A DNA stretch of 64,000 nucleotides, taken from positions 1,178,001 to 1,242,000 of the forward strand of contig CATNEN010000005.1 of NCBI GenBank assembly GCA_950097015.1, read 5' to 3'. The notes beneath the pieces were generated by a model. The model did not search any database. It saw only the letters and a program-made list of their open reading frames with translations, and had not been told where the DNA came from. This document shows, one piece after another, positions 58,999 through 64,000 of this stretch (position 1 is the first letter of the stretch; every line of letters starts with the position of its first letter). Position numbers and translations under genes: made by a program. This DNA comes from Macrostomum hystrix. Lineage: Eukaryota > Animalia > Platyhelminthes.

Positions 58999-60668
58999 AC
59001 CTAGTAGCAATGGAACGCGCGTTTTTCCTCTGCTGAAACTGCGTATGCCAACATCGTGGCGGACTTGGCTGTTTCAAAAAATTCTGCCCATAGAGAATTT
59101 ATCATTTGGTCCTATTCTTTATTATTAGGTTGAATTATAGGCCTAGGTATTAGACTGTAAGTCATATTGGAGCCACTGTTTAAATGGACGCTGTAAGGTA
59201 AGCTGCACGACTAATTATGCCTTTAATGACGAAATCTAATTAGACTAGGCTGATTTCTTTTAACCTTATAAGTCAAGAATTTCTGTGCGTATTGCCTTTT
59301 GGATCATCTGTCTTTAGTCGTGTTTGAACTCTTGCTCACTTCACTTGGTTTCATCGGTTACTCGTTATTTTAACATGCAATCTACCTGCCGACCAGCAGC
59401 TCTTGGAAATGTTCGTGGCAGTACTTGCCCCCCTCCGCTTTCCTGTCTAATGTTGATGTTAGCTGTACTTGTCGTTTGTTATGTTGCTTGGTCTCAGCGA
59501 CTGTCACTTGGCTTTGCGGTATTTTCTCTTGTCTATCTTGCACTATTATTGGCCCTGTGCTCAGTCTCTGTGCTTATGTGAGCTCCGATGCTTTTTGCCA
59601 AAATACTAGTAGACTCCCAGCAAAACGTGTCCAACTTTCCATCCTCCAGACCCCAACTGTCATAATTGTTGCTATTGTTGTGCATTTCCTTCTTATTCTT
59701 TGTCCTTTGCCCTTCCTCTCGTTAGTTAATCTGGCGATAATCCCCTTATTGTGCTACATTTCTCTTCGATTCTCCCAAAATAAGAAATACAGGGTTATTT
59801 GCGATAATCCCGTACTTCTCTACGTCTTAACTCTCTCGCCACTTAAACTTTGCATGAGCACAATAATAAACAGAAAGCAATTTTGATGTTATCTCGAGCC
59901 ATTCGGCAATATATAGCAAATTAAAAAAAGAAGTTCTGCTAATTCTGTAACTTATTTCACATTTTACATTTCACATTTACTCGTATATCCTACATGTAGA
60001 TTTTATATCTGGAGTGGTGACCAACAAACTTAGATTTCTGGCATAAAATCGTTACAAAGCTGTACAGCCAGATGCAAGTCTATGTTAAGCATTGGCATTC
60101 AAATTAATTATTTGCTAGTTCCATAAACGGCTTCCTATAAAATGTGCATCATATGGAGCTGGTGTTGTACATGCACGTGAAAGTTAATGTATGTAGGTCA
60201 ATGTGGCCAATTACACATAATTGTCGGGGGGGTACAGTTAGATGTTTACCTTTTCATTATATAAACATTTTAAAATGTACGCTGACACACGGTCCCACAT
60301 TGAAGCTGGCTGATCATTTGTACATGCGATTGTTTGCTTCTAGTGGAGGGAATGGAGAGCCGATCATCCACTAACTTAGCTCTCGTATAGCCAACTAGCT
60401 AATTGCATCTTTAAGCACCAGTGGCTTCAGATTCTAAGCAAAGATTATTGACACCATGATCTACAGCTGCACACGCATATAAGGTACGAAATGCTGCAGC
60501 CAGCAGAAGTTTTATAAATAAATTGAAAAGTTTTAGAATAGTCATTAAACTGACAGAAGAAGGAAATACCAGCTTTGCATTGAAATCTCGCCTCAACGAC
60601 TGCTGCTTCTGTTGTTTGGCATATTTTCGTTACTGAAAAAGCAGCAGGAACTAAAATATTGCTGCACA

Positions 60669-63635
60669 ATGGAGATGAGTGAATGCATTCAGTTTCGGCG
60701 AAGTCAAATTCAAATGCCTGAGTCTGAGTCGCCTATGTCTGAGTCGCCGGCCAAGCTTAATCCGGCCTATATGAATAATGAACATGAGCACAGCTCTGAG
60801 CACTCCGACGATGGTGAGGCCTTTTATTCTATTTAGCTTGTTGATATTCATTTTTCTTGCGAAGCCAAGATTTGCTGAAGCGAAGCAAAAATGATTTTAG
60901 TAAGGTTTGACAGTAGGACTACCCAGCCATTTTGCCGCACGTTTTTATACCAAGGGGGGGATTTCCCCACTCCCTGAAAATGTTTTGCCAGCGCCTGAAT
61001 GCTCTGGGGGTGACTGATTGGTTGACAGACTAGTCGAGGGTGTCCTGTGGTTGAGCTGCGCCTAATAGTTAGGCTTGAACAATGAAATTGGAGAAATTCG
61101 CGTCAGGGTGTCCATAGTGGCCTAGTTCCACCTGTTGTAGCTCTTGAAGGTCTAGATAGATAAGAGAGATAGATCTAGATAAAGGTTGGTGACCGCCGAA
61201 GTCGGAGATGATGCAAGCACATTCGGGTGACATGCTGAGAAAGTTTGAAGGTCTGGAAAGGCCGCACAGAGGCGCAGTGCAAATTCGTGTATAGGGGTGT
61301 ATGAAATACACTAGCTCTTATGGGAAAAATCGGACCTTCGGCCAGAAACATTGAATATCTCGACGGTCTGAAGAGCTGGCGACTTGTTTCTTGTTTCAGA
61401 AGATGCGCAATAAAAAGTTGGCCCGTGTTCTTGAGTTTCGTGTGCTTGCATTGTTCCGTTCGGGAGCAGCAAAAAACATTGTCACGGGGGGGGGAATTCC
61501 CCCCCCCCTGGTAGTTCTACTGTTAATCTACTTGGTAGTCCCAGTCGCTGTATACCATTTTACCATAGAAATATTTGTCAAAAGCACCATTAATTAAGGT
61601 ATGTGTAAGACAATACCCACCAGATTTCATTTCTATTCCGGCTTCTCGTCAGCTATAAAGCGCGTCCTTAGCCGTGGCTTGGCCATAGACAACGAATCTG
61701 GGGTTGTTTTAATTTTTTATATTCAGTCGGGGGCAGCTGATGCGTTCTAATGCGGTTTTGACATAGACAATGGCAGTTAAATTATGTATCCCCCCTTTGC
61801 CCCGGACGAGTTTACGAGCGAACCCTTAAACTGGCCAATAGAGCTTGACTGAATGCCATCGAGTTTAGCCCGTGGACTAAGGACTCGAGTCTAAATAAAT
61901 CGGAACATAAACTAAACACCTGTTGTAATTACGGGGGTACACCAGAATTACTATTTATTTTGTTGTTTAGGTGCAAAGGCACTCGCTGTCTGGCACTCGA
62001 TTATTGATTTCTATTTAACGGAATAAAGAGCCTCAAAATTTCTGGGGTATCGAAGACGCAAAAATTTGTTCACACGACTCATGGTTTAGCCTCCCTATTC
62101 TTAGACGATTTCGACTGCGGTAGCAGCTGCTCCAGTCTGGACGATCGTCTCCAGAAGATGCGTCCGATCAGCTGTTCACCGCAGTTGCGCTCGTTCGATC
62201 GACACCGATTCGAGGCACACAACTGGCGCCTGCTGACCATGCGGGCCTATCGCCGGCTCCAGACCACTGTGGACGGGGTCCAGCGCCTTCTAGGCGAATA
62301 CGCTAGCAATGCAGCTAGAGATTCAACCAGCATTGCTGCTAGCGGATGGATTACCAGGCCTGAGAACGCAGGGATCACGGCTAGCTTTGGATGCCACGCC
62401 AAGCCAGTAAGGAAGAGTTGCAGGCCAAAGACCCAATCCGAGAGACGTCAGAGAGCTTTGACATGGGCGGGATGATAGATAATATCTGATTATGAAACAC
62501 GGGAGGGATTATATACAAGCGAGATGAGACAGGGGAGAGATGAGACTAGGGACAGATGAGACACGGGAGAGGTGACACCTCTTCATCTCTCAAGAAAGAG
62601 ATTAAATATGGGGGGAGATGAGATATGAGAGCTATTACATACAGGTGAGATAAAACCCAGGAGAGATGATTTGCAGGTCAGATGAGACATGGGAGGGATA
62701 AGACAGGGGAGAGATGATATACGGGAGAGAGGAGACTCAAGAGACATGAGGCATGGTAGAAATGAGACATGGGAGGGATGAGAAAATTGTTAATATATAA
62801 CACAGGAGACACCCAACAAGCATGAAGAAAGATAGCTCGTATGGGAGTGGCAGTAAAGAAGACTTCTAAGATAGGTGAGAAAAGTTTAAAGGGGCCAGAT
62901 GGCTGGTTTCAGCAGCCTTATTCACGCAAAAGACAGAGCATCAAAGTCACAGTATGAAGTTATGAAATCACAATAAAATTTGTCTTGATCTTAGTTATAA
63001 TACCAGAACTAAAACAAAAAAAGCGTTCATCGCTCCGAATTATTGAAAGTAAATAAATGATTTGATATCGATTACATAAAAAAATTGCACACAACGTGAC
63101 GTCATTTTTTTCCAAATAAGTTTTTAATAATGAGTTTCATGTGATTTTGTAACTGTTAATGAAGGAATCGTCCTCTGACTTTCAACCACAGGTGCTAACA
63201 ATTTGTGGAGCACCCAACAGCGGTAAATCCACTCTAATCAACTGCCTACTGGGCTGTAGAGTTCTGCCCACCCGCTTTGGCCAGGACGACAAAGGCCTCA
63301 TTCGCCTAGTGTACTCCTCCAGATTCTTTGTCAGATATCGAGACCTTGAGCAGTCCGGCAGCTCTGGGGCGTCGTCTGATTTGGCCAAAATCATCCGCAA
63401 CTTCACTCATCGTAGAATGACAGAAGAGGAGCGTCAGGAGTGGATTTCGCTGAAGGACAACTGCTGTTTGGAGATCGGCGTCGACTGTCCGCTACTTCAG
63501 AGCGGCTTCTCCATCGTGGAGGTGCCCGAGTGCGTGCGCGAGGACTTCCTGCTATCCGTACTGAACCAGCAGGAGCATTCACTCTACCAGACTCTGGTGT
63601 TTGTGCTGGACGGCATGAACGGAATATCACAGATG
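60669..63635 (+). CDS. 5' part of a gene with a dynamin-like (Dynamin_N) P-loop domain, possibly DSTYK/RIPK5-like; continues beyond the window
   Basis: Exons 60669-60813 (donor G|GTGAG, phase 1), 62105-62406 and 63192-63635 are phase-consistent. VLTICGAPNSGKSTLINCLLGCRVLPT (G1) and LEIGVDCPLLQSGFSIVEVP follow the dynamin/mitofusin-like layout also seen in the DSTYK N-terminus. No kinase domain is visible in the window. Confidence 0.6.
60950..61511. mobile_element. Old TA-flanked MITE-like element with ~45-bp imperfect TIRs
   Basis: The left end TA|CCAAGGGGGGGATTTCCCC..GAAAATGTTTT mirrors the right end AAAAAACATTGTCACGGGGGGGGGAATTCCCCCCCCCCTGG|TA. Confidence 0.55.
62500..62790. repeat. Degenerate GAGATGAGACA(C)GGGA-type minisatellite in intron 2 of the dynamin-like gene
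   Basis: Same ~16-bp unit as inside the H1 MITEs, heavily decayed, no TIRs seen. Confidence 0.7.
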
Positions 63636-64000
63636 GTGAGCAATCAGCAATCAGTGCTTTTGCTGTGCACAGGGAATGTCGAACCACACCCACCCTCAAA
63701 TACCCAAACTAATGCTGGAACCATGCATTTAACAGCTTGGGTGAATCGAAGCAATGTACAGTTGAGTGTCTTGCTAAAAGACACAATCGTTCAAATGGAG
63801 TCCGGAACTGAACCTTGCCTTTCAAATCGCCAGTCCAATGCCCTTTACCACGAGGCTACCAGCAATATATAATCTTTTTGTATTGACTTATGTTACACCC
63901 CTTTCTTATAAAAAGAAAAGTAACAATGTGACGTTTTAAAAATAACAGAAACAAGAACTTTCAAATATGACCGGTAAACTACAAAAAGCTGGACTTTGCT

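Noticed and set aside
59324-59886. Hydrophobic ORFs suggesting membrane proteins
   Set aside because: T-rich composition gives hydrophobic translations in any frame, and no splice structure or homology was seen.

Overview
This is a eukaryotic (metazoan) genomic window with spliceosomal introns. The organism is inferred, not shown: minisatellite-filled introns, polyQ-rich proteins and splice acceptors abutting start codons fit a flatworm such as Macrostomum. I reconstructed gene models by hand with GT-AG junctions and consistent phases. Minus strand: NBAS (14 exons, 2567 aa, 23632->2629), eIF4A3 (4 exons, 402 aa, 28279->25028), a 71-aa single-TM protein (29019->28804) and a candidate unannotated 2-exon small gene (49584->48441). 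Plus strand: intronless DNAJB6-like (38463-39509), CYLD (7 exons, 855 aa, 41398-47351), DNAJC3/p58IPK (49852-58998) with two alternative terminal exons, and the 5' part of a dynamin-like GTPase-domain, possibly DSTYK-like, gene (60669->beyond window). Roughly 14-15 kb is tandem minisatellite, mostly intronic, and it produces all the long low-complexity ORFs in the track. Mobile DNA comprises an internally deleted Helitron with both exact ends, an internally deleted IS630/Tc1-like element, three hAT MITE families with verified 8-bp TSDs, a TA-flanked MITE, two LINE 3' fragments, a 5-copy tRNA-derived SINE and a second SINE with a MIR-like CORE domain. There is no CRISPR array, rRNA or intact tRNA gene. 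I see no unambiguous new system. The best leads are the duplicated DNAJC3 terminal exons separated by a decoy-acceptor array, a possible trans-spliced eIF4A3-NBAS (NMD-factor) operon, the CORE-like SINE and the orphan gene head-to-head with DNAJC3.
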